Positions 27,528-36,952 of a stretch of 64,000 nucleotides of DNA are shown piece after piece; the first letter of the stretch is position 1; the number at the start of each line of letters is the position of its first letter. The notes under the pieces are model-generated. The model ran no database searches, had not been told where the DNA came from, and worked only from the letters and a program-made list of their open reading frames with translations. Made by a program: the position numbers and the translations under genes. The DNA lies in contig WJIY01000035.1 of assembly GCA_014730005.1 (NCBI GenBank), forward strand, positions 8,997 to 72,996. Reading direction: 5' to 3'. This DNA is from Candidatus Babelota bacterium (GTDB lineage: Bacteria > Babelota > Babeliae > Babelales > UASB340).

Positions 27528-29174
27528 TTAATAATTTGAAATCCCATGATAATATAAAGATAGAACACCTAAACCGCTATAAGCACATATTACAAATGAC
27601 AAAAGCCCAACCAACAATACCTCTTCAGGATTTTCTCGCCAATTTTTAAAATATTTAAAAATACTATTTACTTTATCCTTAATAACCTGAAAATTCTCAT
27701 CATTTCTATGATTTAAAATAAATTTTCCAACTAAAAACATTATTGGCAAAGATAACAATATATTGGCTTTAAATTCAGTTGACGAAAAAGCTTTATTTTT
27801 ATTTTGCAGCCAAAAGCAAAATGTTAAATCATGTCCTTTTAAAATAAAACTAGATAATTCTTTTTCTATAACTTCAATTGTTTTTATATTTCTAGATTCT
27901 TTAGCACCACGATATTCATACAACAATTCCAAAAATTCATTTTTATTTCTCTTTAAATATGAAATCCATTGATCTTTATATGTTAATGAATTTAAATTTT
28001 TTATAGTTTTACTTAATATAAAAAACTCTTTTATAATCTTGAAAAAAGGATGGTCTAATATTTTAAAAAAAATTTTCTTTTTAACTTGACCTTCATTATT
28101 GGTATAACATTTCAAAGGATTTACTAATTTACTTACTAGGCGAGCAAAATAATTCGTACCTGCAACCAAAGAACGATTATAATATGAATCACAAAACAAT
28201 CCCCAAATTCCCGTTGGTTCAAAAAATAATTTTAAAAATCCAGTTAAAGTCAAAGAAAATTCTGGATCAAAATTAAAAATAATATTTCCATTATCCATGT
28301 GCATCTTTAATGGATAAAAGCTGCAATCTAAATTATATGGCTTATCGAGTAATAATTGTCTCCATTCAGTAATATCTCGCGGACCCAAAAAATATTCTTT
28401 TATAAATATTGAAAATTCAAAAAAAACTATGTATAAAAATATTTTTTTATATAATATATTTTTAAATATTTCTTTATAATCAAAAGAATTTTCTTTTTTT
28501 ATATAATTATTAAGCTCATTTTCTTCTTTTTTTAGCAAACCCTCCAATTCTTTTTTTCTATCATTATCTACAAAAATTTCATCCAATTCGCATTCATATT
28601 CATCTATTTTTTCAAATAGCTTTATCAAAGATAAATAATCATTTTTTATCTTTGTTGTAGCTTTTTCTACAAACAAATTTCGTAAAACATTTTTAAACCA
28701 CCGCTCTGCATATAAATCCATACCCCAAAGAGGGATTTTAACTAGATCACCATTACAAAGTTTTAAATCTATTTTTAGCTTTAATTTATTCGCCTCTTCA
28801 TGAGAAATATTATTATTTAATGTTTTTGCCAATCCAGACAATGGGATCTCTAATGGAACTTGTGCTATCTCTCTGCTTAAAAAATCACAAGCTTCTTTTT
28901 GCTTGTAAAATGCAGGATTTGAAATTTTATCAATCTCTTCTTCTGTTAAAGGTGGGTTGTTTTCATACTCTTTTAAAATTTCTTCTGCTTGAGCAATTGT
29001 TCCTTCGATATCAAAATTTTTTATAATATCAATATCATTTTTTACATCTACATTTTCTTGCACACAAAATAAAAATGACGTATTAAAAAAGATTAATGCT
29101 GATAAAAATAATCCCGCACCAAAATTATAAGACGTAAATGATAGTTTGATAAAATTAAATTGTTTTTTAAACAT
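27528..29174 (-). CDS. Hypothetical membrane protein (548 aa), immediately upstream of the ATAD3-like gene
   Basis: N-terminal hydrophobic segment (GLFLSALIFFNTSFLF), a mid-protein hydrophobic stretch (IFLYIVFFEFSIFI) and two C-terminal TMs. It lies 18 nt from the downstream AAA gene. I recognise no family. Confidence 0.55.
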   Translation of the reverse strand: MFKKQFNFIKLSFTSYNFGAGLFLSALIFFNTSFLFCVQENVDVKNDIDIIKNFDIEGTIAQAEEILKEYENNPPLTEEEIDKISNPAFYKQKEACDFLSREIAQVPLEIPLSGLAKTLNNNISHEEANKLKLKIDLKLCNGDLVKIPLWGMDLYAERWFKNVLRNLFVEKATTKIKNDYLSLIKLFEKIDEYECELDEIFVDNDRKKELEGLLKKEENELNNYIKKENSFDYKEIFKNILYKKIFLYIVFFEFSIFIKEYFLGPRDITEWRQLLLDKPYNLDCSFYPLKMHMDNGNIIFNFDPEFSLTLTGFLKLFFEPTGIWGLFCDSYYNRSLVAGTNYFARLVSKLVNPLKCYTNNEGQVKKKIFFKILDHPFFKIIKEFFILSKTIKNLNSLTYKDQWISYLKRNKNEFLELLYEYRGAKESRNIKTIEVIEKELSSFILKGHDLTFCFWLQNKNKAFSSTEFKANILLSLPIMFLVGKFILNHRNDENFQVIKDKVNSIFKYFKNWRENPEEVLLVGLLSFVICAYSGLGVLSLYYHGISNY

Positions 29175-29324
29175 AAACCCCTTAACCCAAATTCCAGATA
29201 TATTTTATTTAAAAAATAATTTAAACAAAATTAAATAATTATGTAAAGGTTAAAAACCAGAAATACTTATAAATAACGCAAAACTCAATAATTTTTTTGA
29301 AACGAAATAAATGTAAATCTATAA

Positions 29325-29520
29325 ATCCGCTCACCCTACTAAGCCGCCATAGCCATGACATTAATGGGCGAATGTTGCAGTGATTTTGCAATGTTTACAA
29401 GAATTATATGTTTGCTCCAAAAAAGCTATAGTTGCCAAGAGTCACAATCGAGATGATTCTTCAATGCTATTTTGCAAAAATCACTCAGAATGAACGAGTG
29501 AAAAAATCATATCGAAGAGC
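29325..29520. other. GC-enriched intergenic island with a long imperfect hairpin; candidate structured RNA or gene relic
   Basis: CCGCTCACCCTACTAAGCCGCCATAGCCATGAC is conspicuously GC-rich in AT-rich surroundings. AGTGATTTTGCAA (29379..29391) pairs with TTGCAAAAATCACT (29472..29485), and AAGAAT (29399..29404) pairs with ATTCTT (29456..29461). Confidence 0.3.
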
Positions 29521-29584
29521 TAATAAAAACTGATCATTTTTAGGATTATTAGTTATAGAGTATACTTTCTAATAACAAAAATAC

Positions 29585-31945
29585 TTATGATTGTTTCCTA
29601 CTTTTCAAACTTCTTTTTGTTTTAGTTTTTCCTTTCTCTAATTTCTGTTTTTCTTCTTCTACCGCTTCTGAAACTCGAAAATATGGATCCTTGGTTATTT
29701 CTACAGATTTTGGCTGTTTAGCTCCATATGTATAATTATCAATTGGTCTAAATATTCCTTTTCTTGCATCTTCAATTTTTTCTCTTGCAGATTGCTTAGA
29801 TGGTTTAAAGAACCATCTTTGAATAGGATCTTTTTCTTTTGCATATGTATCAACATTAAGACTTTGAAACTTAGCATAATCAAGTTTTAATTGAGTATAT
29901 TCATCTGGAACACCTTCAAAACGAGGTTTGATAATACTTGGACGAATAAAGATATATAAATTAGATCTTTCTTTATTTTTTGTTTTACTTCTAAAAAGAT
30001 TCCCAATTAAAGGAATATCTCCCAGAATTGGAACTTTATATTGATTTTCAGTTAATTTACTTCTTGTAAGTCCACCCAAAACTAAAACTTCACCTGTCCC
30101 AATATTAACTCTCGTTGAAAGAACTCTATCATCAGTATTTGGACTTGTTCCAGTCACTTCTTGAAAGCTTGTAATATCAACATTAATTTTAAGATCAACA
30201 GTTCCATTCAAATTTACCTTAGGTGTTAGTTTTACTAAGGTAGATGCATCTTTATATTCTTTTTTAACTACTGCTTCCGTCCCTGTTCTATTATCCTGTA
30301 ATCCAGCATCAGCTTGACGAGTCTCTTTAGCCTCAACAAAACACTCTTGATAATTATTAGCTACTAAAAATGGTTGTGTAATAATATTGAAATTATCTTT
30401 TTTCAATATTGCTCGAACCAAGCCCCACAAATTTGAACTAGGACCAAACGACATATTTGTTCTAATAATGTTACGATCCGCATTGGTTGTTACAACTTTA
30501 ATATCAGATGAATCTTGCATTGTTCTAAATTGCATATTAATTCCAGCACCAAAATAATTTGGATGTTTTGGTTTAACTTGTGACCATAACTCATCATCTG
30601 TTTTAATCGAAACATCTACAACCATAACTTCAAAAGCAACTTGCGGTTGTGGTTTATCCAATTTATCTATAAATCCTTCTATTCTTTTCCAATCATCCTG
30701 GTTGCAAGCAATAATTAATCTATTGCCACCACCCTGTTGATCTCCCTGCGAAGAATCAGCCGCAATGATAACATCTTCAAAAAATTTATACTCACCAACT
30801 TTAATAGCTTTTCCTACACCCGCAGGAGGATTAACAAGATTAGTTAAAAGTGGTTGTAAATTTTCTGCCTTTGCATATTTAATTTCCTTTATGTGCAATC
30901 TTGATTCAGTTGCAGTAATTGGAACATCAATATATTTATAAACAAAAGCTATAATTTTATCTAAATTCTTTTCGGTACCCAGTAAAATTAAAGAATTATT
31001 TCTAGAATCCGGAATAATTCTTGTATCTTTTGAAAAATAACTGGAAGGTTTTTTAACATTAGAAGGCATAAATCTTATATTTCCTCTCTGTTGATCTCCC
31101 TGAGGAATAATCTCATTAAATAAGGTTACAACATCTTGAACATCTGCATATTTTAAAGGAATAATCTTTATCGATTCTCTCAATCCTCCTTGGTCTAATT
31201 CTTTTACAATTTTCATTGAAGCTTTAATATCAAGACATTTTGCTGTTATTATACAGGCATCAAGATCGCGATTAATTTGAACAGTCCCATCTATCATTGT
31301 AGAAAGAATACCTTGAACATTTTCTGCTTTTATATTTTTTAAAAAATATAAATAACGAACAACTAAATCACTATCAGGAAGTTGCTCCGGCTCTGTTCCT
31401 GTTGCAGATGAATAAAATGGAAGCGGCTGACTTTTATCTTCTACTTTAGGTACAATTCTATAAAGTCCATCAACATTTATAATTGAAAAATTATTCATCT
31501 CCAACAAAGTTAATAAAATATTCCAGGCACTATCTAAAGTTAATGCCTCACGAGTTGATAATGTTACATTGATACCATCAAGCTCCTTACGTGGAATAAT
31601 GTTTATCTTCTTTTGCTCAGACATATAATTTACAACACTTGATAATGACGCATTTTCAAAATTTAAATAAATACCTCCTTTGTTGTTTTTATCTACCTTT
31701 TTTTTATTGGATTCCTTACTTTTTTTATTAGATTTTTCTTGCTTAAACAATTCATTTTGTTCAACTGTAGGATTATTTATAATTTTTACATTAGGCGTAT
31801 TAAGAGCCTCAGTCTCATTTACTTGATTTATTGCTTTACCGGATTTTTTTAAATCTATAGATAGTAAAAAAAACGGTGTCATCATTAAAAATAACAGCAC
31901 CATTTTTTTTGATTTGAATAATTTTATAATTTCTTTTATCATCAA
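29585..31945 (-). CDS. Secretin (GspD/PilQ superfamily), copy 2 of the dual-secretin block
   Basis: Signal peptide and an N0-type start (GIYLNFENASLSSVVNYMSEQKKINIIPR). The secretin core ends VPILGDIPLIGNLFRSKTKNKERSNLYIFIRPSIIKPR and is followed by a 111-aa C-terminal extension. The true start may be the internal MVLLFLMM. Confidence 0.88.
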   Translation of the reverse strand: MMIKEIIKLFKSKKMVLLFLMMTPFFLLSIDLKKSGKAINQVNETEALNTPNVKIINNPTVEQNELFKQEKSNKKSKESNKKKVDKNNKGGIYLNFENASLSSVVNYMSEQKKINIIPRKELDGINVTLSTREALTLDSAWNILLTLLEMNNFSIINVDGLYRIVPKVEDKSQPLPFYSSATGTEPEQLPDSDLVVRYLYFLKNIKAENVQGILSTMIDGTVQINRDLDACIITAKCLDIKASMKIVKELDQGGLRESIKIIPLKYADVQDVVTLFNEIIPQGDQQRGNIRFMPSNVKKPSSYFSKDTRIIPDSRNNSLILLGTEKNLDKIIAFVYKYIDVPITATESRLHIKEIKYAKAENLQPLLTNLVNPPAGVGKAIKVGEYKFFEDVIIAADSSQGDQQGGGNRLIIACNQDDWKRIEGFIDKLDKPQPQVAFEVMVVDVSIKTDDELWSQVKPKHPNYFGAGINMQFRTMQDSSDIKVVTTNADRNIIRTNMSFGPSSNLWGLVRAILKKDNFNIITQPFLVANNYQECFVEAKETRQADAGLQDNRTGTEAVVKKEYKDASTLVKLTPKVNLNGTVDLKINVDITSFQEVTGTSPNTDDRVLSTRVNIGTGEVLVLGGLTRSKLTENQYKVPILGDIPLIGNLFRSKTKNKERSNLYIFIRPSIIKPRFEGVPDEYTQLKLDYAKFQSLNVDTYAKEKDPIQRWFFKPSKQSAREKIEDARKGIFRPIDNYTYGAKQPKSVEITKDPYFRVSEAVEEEKQKLEKGKTKTKRSLKSRKQS

Positions 31946-31959
31946 GGGTCCCTATAGTT

Positions 31960-32505
31960 TTACCCTACATACTTTTTGGTAGCTATAGTAAGATCAAAAT
32001 CTATTTTTTTATTATCAGTCTTTTTAATAACTAATTCTTTTATATAAACCATTTCAGTTTTTTCTAACAAATCAAGAATATTTACTAATTTTTGTGTTGT
32101 TTGATTTTTAAAGGTTGCAGAAATAACAACCTCATCAAATCTATCACTTCCCAGCAAAGGTTGAGTTATAGCTTCCCAGCCAGGTACAGGAAGAATTTGA
32201 TTTTGACTACAAAATTCTTCAAAAAAGGCTTTAATACTAAAATCTCTATTCTGCTCCAATAATTTTTGTAATTCTTGTTCTTTAGATTCCAATTCCTCAT
32301 ATTCTTGAATTATTTTTGTTGTTTTTCTAACTGTAGTCTCCATATTTTTTATTTTATCAAGTAAATTAGAACTTTTACTGTATATATAATAATTAATTAA
32401 TAACACTAAAATTGTTACGGTTATTAAAAATATAGCCAAATATCGTTCAAAATCTTTTTTATTAAGACTTTGTAAATAAGATGCAAAATCAACAAATATC
32501 TTCAT
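31960..32505 (-). CDS. PilO/GspM-like bitopic inner-membrane protein
   Basis: 181 aa with one TM (YLAIFLITVTILVLLINYYIY), a coiled coil and a small C-terminal alpha/beta-type domain. It sits between the pilM/N-like gene and a secretin. Confidence 0.55.
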   Translation of the reverse strand: MKIFVDFASYLQSLNKKDFERYLAIFLITVTILVLLINYYIYSKSSNLLDKIKNMETTVRKTTKIIQEYEELESKEQELQKLLEQNRDFSIKAFFEEFCSQNQILPVPGWEAITQPLLGSDRFDEVVISATFKNQTTQKLVNILDLLEKTEMVYIKELVIKKTDNKKIDFDLTIATKKYVG

Positions 32506-32506
32506 A

Positions 32507-34189
32507 TTACAATTCTTTTAATCGCAATTTTACAAAAAATTTTATTCCTTTATCTTCCACCAACCTTGAATCAATCTCTTCTTTTTCATCCCATAGTTTT
32601 AAAATTTTAGATTCAGAAAATCTTTTTTGAAGTTCTGCAAAATATCTAAAATGATCACTTCCAGTCTTTGATCTAAAAAATCCCTCAATTTCAATTTTTG
32701 TATCTGAATCTTGTTCAGATATAGCAATGGTTTCTATTGTTACATCAAATTTTCGTTTATCAATTATATTTGTCAATTCTTGCAAAATTACTAATGGACG
32801 AATTCCAGTTTTTTCAAACAACATCCATATTTCTTTTTTATCCTCAAGTACATTTTCCGCTTTTTGCGATAATTTTTGTAAATTAACCTGCCTTGGCAAG
32901 CTAATCTCTTTGGGAATCATTCTTCTTAATTTTGACTTTTCTCTATCTTCAATTCTTTGAATAAAAGATGAAAGCTTATTTATTTGAAAATAACCTCTAA
33001 TTATTAAAACAGTAAAAATCAAAAATAAAAGTAAACTAGCAGTTACAAGTTGACTTTTTACTAATTTTTTTTGTGGAAGAGAAAACTCCTTGCGCCTTAA
33101 ATCAAAATTTGCTTGTTGCTCTGAAGGCAAAGCGGTTCCCAAGGCAACTAAATATTTATTCCAACTCGAAATATATTCTTTTATTTTGTTTTTAAACTTA
33201 GTATCAACGAAAATTTTTTCAAAAGAAAAAACTTCACAAGGTATTTGTAATAAGTTTTGACTAAAACGAGAAAGTCCTTTTAATTCTGAATATTTACCTG
33301 TAAAAAACATTTTTGATATTTTTTGATAATCAACAATTTTCAAACTAAAAGAATTTAAAGTAAATTGAATATCATTAAAAAAATTTATAATATGTTTTTG
33401 TAAAGATTTTTCATAATTCGAATCACCTGTTGGATCCAAACCATATTTTTTTAATTTTTCTTGTGCCTGTTGCAAAGATATTTCTATTTCATTACTAACT
33501 GTCTTCAAAACAGTTAAAATTCCTCGAGGTATAATTCTTGTTAATCTCAAGCATCCTTCATCCAAAAAAGCAATCTGTGTTGAATGCGCTCCTAAATCTA
33601 TAATCACACTAGATTTTTCTATACTTTTATATTCAGGAATTTGTTTATAAAGACTATAAATTGCAAAAAGATCTACTGTCAAACAAGCAGGATCCACACC
33701 AGCTTGCAAGTACATATCAAGAGTTCGTTGAATATCTTCTTTTCTCACAGCCGCTACTAATATTTGTGAAGTTTTATCTTCTTTTGATTGTTTACTAATG
33801 ATAAAATCAATAATAGCTTCATCAACAGAAAAAGGCAGCATTGGTTCAATTTCATATTCTAAAATCATTCTGATTTTATCTTCATCTAAAAATGGAACTT
33901 TCAATTCTTTAAAGACAACTAAAGAAGCCGATAAAGCAATTCGAAGTTGATCATACTTTTCCATTCTTGCTACAACTTCTTTAATTGCTTGTGTAGCTCT
34001 TTCAGAATATGTTTGAATAGGACCATCTTCGATAGTCTGATCAATTAACTCTTCAATAATATTCTTTGATCTTTTGGCATAAATTTTTGCACAACTAACA
34101 ACATCTTCTTGTATAGTTAAACCTAAAATTTTTTGAGCATAAAGTCTTTTTGATCCAATTCTCGGAGGTAAAAAAATTCTTCTTATCAT
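32507..34189 (-). CDS. PilM-PilN fusion protein (GspL-like architecture)
   Basis: The first ~350 aa are an actin-like/PilM-type domain (ILGLTIQEDVV..., VIIDLGAHSTQIAFL). Next come a TM (LVTASLLLFLIFTVLIIRGYF) and a ~170-aa periplasmic domain. The start overlaps the upstream secretin stop by ATGA. Confidence 0.65.
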   Translation of the reverse strand: MIRRIFLPPRIGSKRLYAQKILGLTIQEDVVSCAKIYAKRSKNIIEELIDQTIEDGPIQTYSERATQAIKEVVARMEKYDQLRIALSASLVVFKELKVPFLDEDKIRMILEYEIEPMLPFSVDEAIIDFIISKQSKEDKTSQILVAAVRKEDIQRTLDMYLQAGVDPACLTVDLFAIYSLYKQIPEYKSIEKSSVIIDLGAHSTQIAFLDEGCLRLTRIIPRGILTVLKTVSNEIEISLQQAQEKLKKYGLDPTGDSNYEKSLQKHIINFFNDIQFTLNSFSLKIVDYQKISKMFFTGKYSELKGLSRFSQNLLQIPCEVFSFEKIFVDTKFKNKIKEYISSWNKYLVALGTALPSEQQANFDLRRKEFSLPQKKLVKSQLVTASLLLFLIFTVLIIRGYFQINKLSSFIQRIEDREKSKLRRMIPKEISLPRQVNLQKLSQKAENVLEDKKEIWMLFEKTGIRPLVILQELTNIIDKRKFDVTIETIAISEQDSDTKIEIEGFFRSKTGSDHFRYFAELQKRFSESKILKLWDEKEEIDSRLVEDKGIKFFVKLRLKEL

Positions 34190-36942
34190 GCCAAACTCCT
34201 CCGCTTCAATCCTGAAGTTTGGCGCCTCTTCATTTTATTTGATAATTGATTAAGATTTATATTTTCTTTAATCCTAATATTGTCTGTTCTTCTATAATTC
34301 GACTTAACATTTTCATTATTAGCTAACCTAGAATGCCTGTTAAACTGTTGCTTTTCCTCATTTATAGACTGCTTATGGGTATTATTACTATTTTCTATTT
34401 GATTAGCTTCAGGTTTTGTAATAATTAAAGATTTTAACTCTTCTCGTTTTTCATCATCTACAGATATTTTCTTATCCTGAGTATCCTGATGAATAGTCAT
34501 TTGATCTCCTGCAATTAACTCCTTTAATTTTTTTCTCTTATACTCTAAATCTCTATCTTTTTTTTGGTCATCTGTTTTAGATTTAATTTCTTGAATTCTA
34601 CGTTCAGCTTGTAAATCTGCATCTAAAATATCTTCTTCTTCTTCTTTTTCATCTTTTAAATGTACTCGATAATAAGGATCGTGTTTTATATCAACAGTAG
34701 TGGGTTGATATCTTGCATTTGCAAAATCCGTAACTTTATGAGAATAATCCTCTTTTTCCGGATTAAAAAACCAATTATGAATAGGATCTTTAGTTTTTTT
34801 AGTTTGAACCGCATCTTCTATATAATCAGTGGCATCATGAAGTTTCATTCTTGTATAAAGATTTATACCCGGCTGTTGGCGTGGTTTTATAATTGTTGGT
34901 GACATAAAAACAAAAACATAATTTTTTTGAACTTCACGTTTTTTATTTTTAAACATCCATCCAAGCCCAGGAATATCACCTAGAAGAGGAGTTTTATTTT
35001 GACTTTCCGTTACCTTTGTCCTAATAAAACCACCTAAAACTAATACCTGACCATCTGCTACAGATACATCTGTTGTTAATGTTTTTTCATCTTTATTACC
35101 CAAGCTAGCATTTGTAAACTCACTAAAAACAACATTAATTGTTAATCTTATAATTCCATCCAAATTTATTTGAGGGGTTATTTTTAAATCAGTATTGGCT
35201 GAAACATACGTATAACCTTTTAATGCTCCACCTGCAGTTTCCTGTTGTACGACATGTTGAGTACTTCCAACAACAATATTAGCCTGAGTCTTATTAGTTA
35301 CAGTAAAAAATGGCTGAGATAAAATGCTTGCATTTGATTGGCTCTTTAATGCCTTAAAAATTCCCCAAATATTTTCACCCTTACCAAATGTTAAAATACT
35401 TGAACCAAGTCCTCCAGTTAATCCATAAAACATATTTCCAAGCAAACTATTTTCTGCAACACCTTGTTGGTATCCTTTTTCTACTGTTCCTGCAAAAGTA
35501 GGAGACTGAAAATTAACACCTTTTCCAATTTGACCTTCATATTTATTACGAATTGCACCGCCTAATTCCTTTTCATCATCCATATTAACAGTTACTATTA
35601 ATGTTTCTATTCCAACTTGCGGTTGAGGCTTATCTAAATCTTCAATCGTTTTTTTTAATAACTTCCAATCTTGTTTATCAGTAGTTGATACAATCAAGCG
35701 ATTACCATCTTTATCAACTTGAAATTTCATCGGTTTGAAATATTTTACCCCTCCTCGTACTGCTCCATATTTAGATGCAACTTCTTCTTTGCTTGCAGTT
35801 ACAGATTCCAAAATCTCTTTTGCTTGAGCTGCATCTATATGCTGCAACTCATAAATATGCAAGGGCGATTGCGCACCTTTTAATTCTTTATCAATATTAT
35901 TTGTAATAAAATCTTCAATTTTTTTAATTGATTTTTGATTGCCAAGCAAAATCAAAGAATTTGTTCTCTTTTCATCGATAATTCTGGTTGTTGGAGAAAA
36001 ATATTCAAGAGAACTTTCAGCTTGTTTACCAAGCAATCGAGCAATTGGATTTGGTTGCTCTGGTCTTTGAATTAAACTATCCAGTAATCCTTTCACATCT
36101 GTTGCATTTGCCCTTTTTAATTTTATTACAACAACCGATTCTTGCAATCCTGTCTGATCTAATTCACGAATAACTTTCATTGCAGATCTAATATTAAAAG
36201 ATTTATCAGTAATAATCATTCCATTTATTTCAGGATATAAAACTAAAGAATGCTCCGGACTCAACATACTTTTTAATAAATCCTGTATCGTGGTAACACT
36301 TATATTTTGCAAAAAAGGAACATATCTTATATTCGCATCACTTTCTGGTAAAGTATCTAAGGGAACATTTATATACGAAGGCAAAGGCTGAACTGTTTTT
36401 TGTTTTTTAGGAATAACAACACTTACATCACCCCTTTCGATAATGCTAAATCCAGCCATATCAAGAACTGTCAAAAATACTCTCCAAGCACCTTCAACCG
36501 TTAATGGTTCACGGATTGTTAAAGAAACTTTTACTCCTTGAAGAGCCTTATCTGGCATTAAATTAATTTGTTTAAGTTCTGCAATACGATTTATAAAATT
36601 TGAAAGCTCCGCATTCTCAAAATTTAAATATATTTTTCCATCACAATCGATTTTTTTATTACTCAATTTAGGAAATTCTCTCTCTTCTTTATTTTCATTA
36701 ATTAAATTATTATTATCTTTTTTCTTTGTAAAATCCTCAACCTTTTCATCTGTAGGTATATCACTATTTAATATTTCAACAACACTTTCTTTTTCTATTT
36801 TTTCAACTAATTTTTCTTTTTGATCACTTAAAACATTTTTATCTGAAAAATCCTCCGTTGATCTTTTTTTTAATTGAGCAGTCTGCGCCTGCATAGTTAA
36901 AACACAAATAAAAGGAATCAATAAAATTATAAATTTTTTCAT
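34186..36942 (-). CDS. Secretin (GspD/PilQ superfamily), copy 1 of the dual-secretin block, with a long C-terminal tail
   Basis: Signal peptide (FICVLTMQAQTA) and an N0-type block (KIYLNFENAELSNFINRIAELKQINLMPD). The secretin core ends TPLLGDIPGLGWMFKNKKREVQKNYVFVFMSPTIIKPR and is followed by a 230-aa extension. Confidence 0.88.
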   Translation of the reverse strand: MKKFIILLIPFICVLTMQAQTAQLKKRSTEDFSDKNVLSDQKEKLVEKIEKESVVEILNSDIPTDEKVEDFTKKKDNNNLINENKEEREFPKLSNKKIDCDGKIYLNFENAELSNFINRIAELKQINLMPDKALQGVKVSLTIREPLTVEGAWRVFLTVLDMAGFSIIERGDVSVVIPKKQKTVQPLPSYINVPLDTLPESDANIRYVPFLQNISVTTIQDLLKSMLSPEHSLVLYPEINGMIITDKSFNIRSAMKVIRELDQTGLQESVVVIKLKRANATDVKGLLDSLIQRPEQPNPIARLLGKQAESSLEYFSPTTRIIDEKRTNSLILLGNQKSIKKIEDFITNNIDKELKGAQSPLHIYELQHIDAAQAKEILESVTASKEEVASKYGAVRGGVKYFKPMKFQVDKDGNRLIVSTTDKQDWKLLKKTIEDLDKPQPQVGIETLIVTVNMDDEKELGGAIRNKYEGQIGKGVNFQSPTFAGTVEKGYQQGVAENSLLGNMFYGLTGGLGSSILTFGKGENIWGIFKALKSQSNASILSQPFFTVTNKTQANIVVGSTQHVVQQETAGGALKGYTYVSANTDLKITPQINLDGIIRLTINVVFSEFTNASLGNKDEKTLTTDVSVADGQVLVLGGFIRTKVTESQNKTPLLGDIPGLGWMFKNKKREVQKNYVFVFMSPTIIKPRQQPGINLYTRMKLHDATDYIEDAVQTKKTKDPIHNWFFNPEKEDYSHKVTDFANARYQPTTVDIKHDPYYRVHLKDEKEEEEDILDADLQAERRIQEIKSKTDDQKKDRDLEYKRKKLKELIAGDQMTIHQDTQDKKISVDDEKREELKSLIITKPEANQIENSNNTHKQSINEEKQQFNRHSRLANNENVKSNYRRTDNIRIKENINLNQLSNKMKRRQTSGLKRRSLA

Positions 36943-36952
36943 AAATTAGTCC

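Noticed and set aside
29355-29456. A 33-codon Cys-rich ORF (MTLMGECCSDFAMFTRIICLLQKSYSCQESQSR) inside the GC-rich island
   Set aside because: It has no RBS-like sequence upstream, it lies on the opposite strand from both neighbours, and it coincides with the hairpin arms. It is more likely a by-product of RNA-structure sequence.
29325-29520. Identifying the GC-rich island as RNase P RNA, SRP RNA, a tRNA or a fluoride/TPP riboswitch
   Set aside because: The universal cores (GGAAAGUCC for RNase P, GGAA tetraloop/AGCA for SRP, the T-loop GGTTCRANYC, the crcB GGCGAUG...CCUAC) are absent on both strands. The island is reported only as an unclassified candidate.
24797-29584. A genomic island integrated at the tmRNA 3' end that carries the ATAD3-like module
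   Set aside because: I found no integrase gene and no direct repeat of the ssrA 3' end (..TCGACTCCCATCGCCTCCACCA) downstream. trxB, a core gene, lies in between. The idea cannot be excluded without comparative genomics, but this sequence does not support it.
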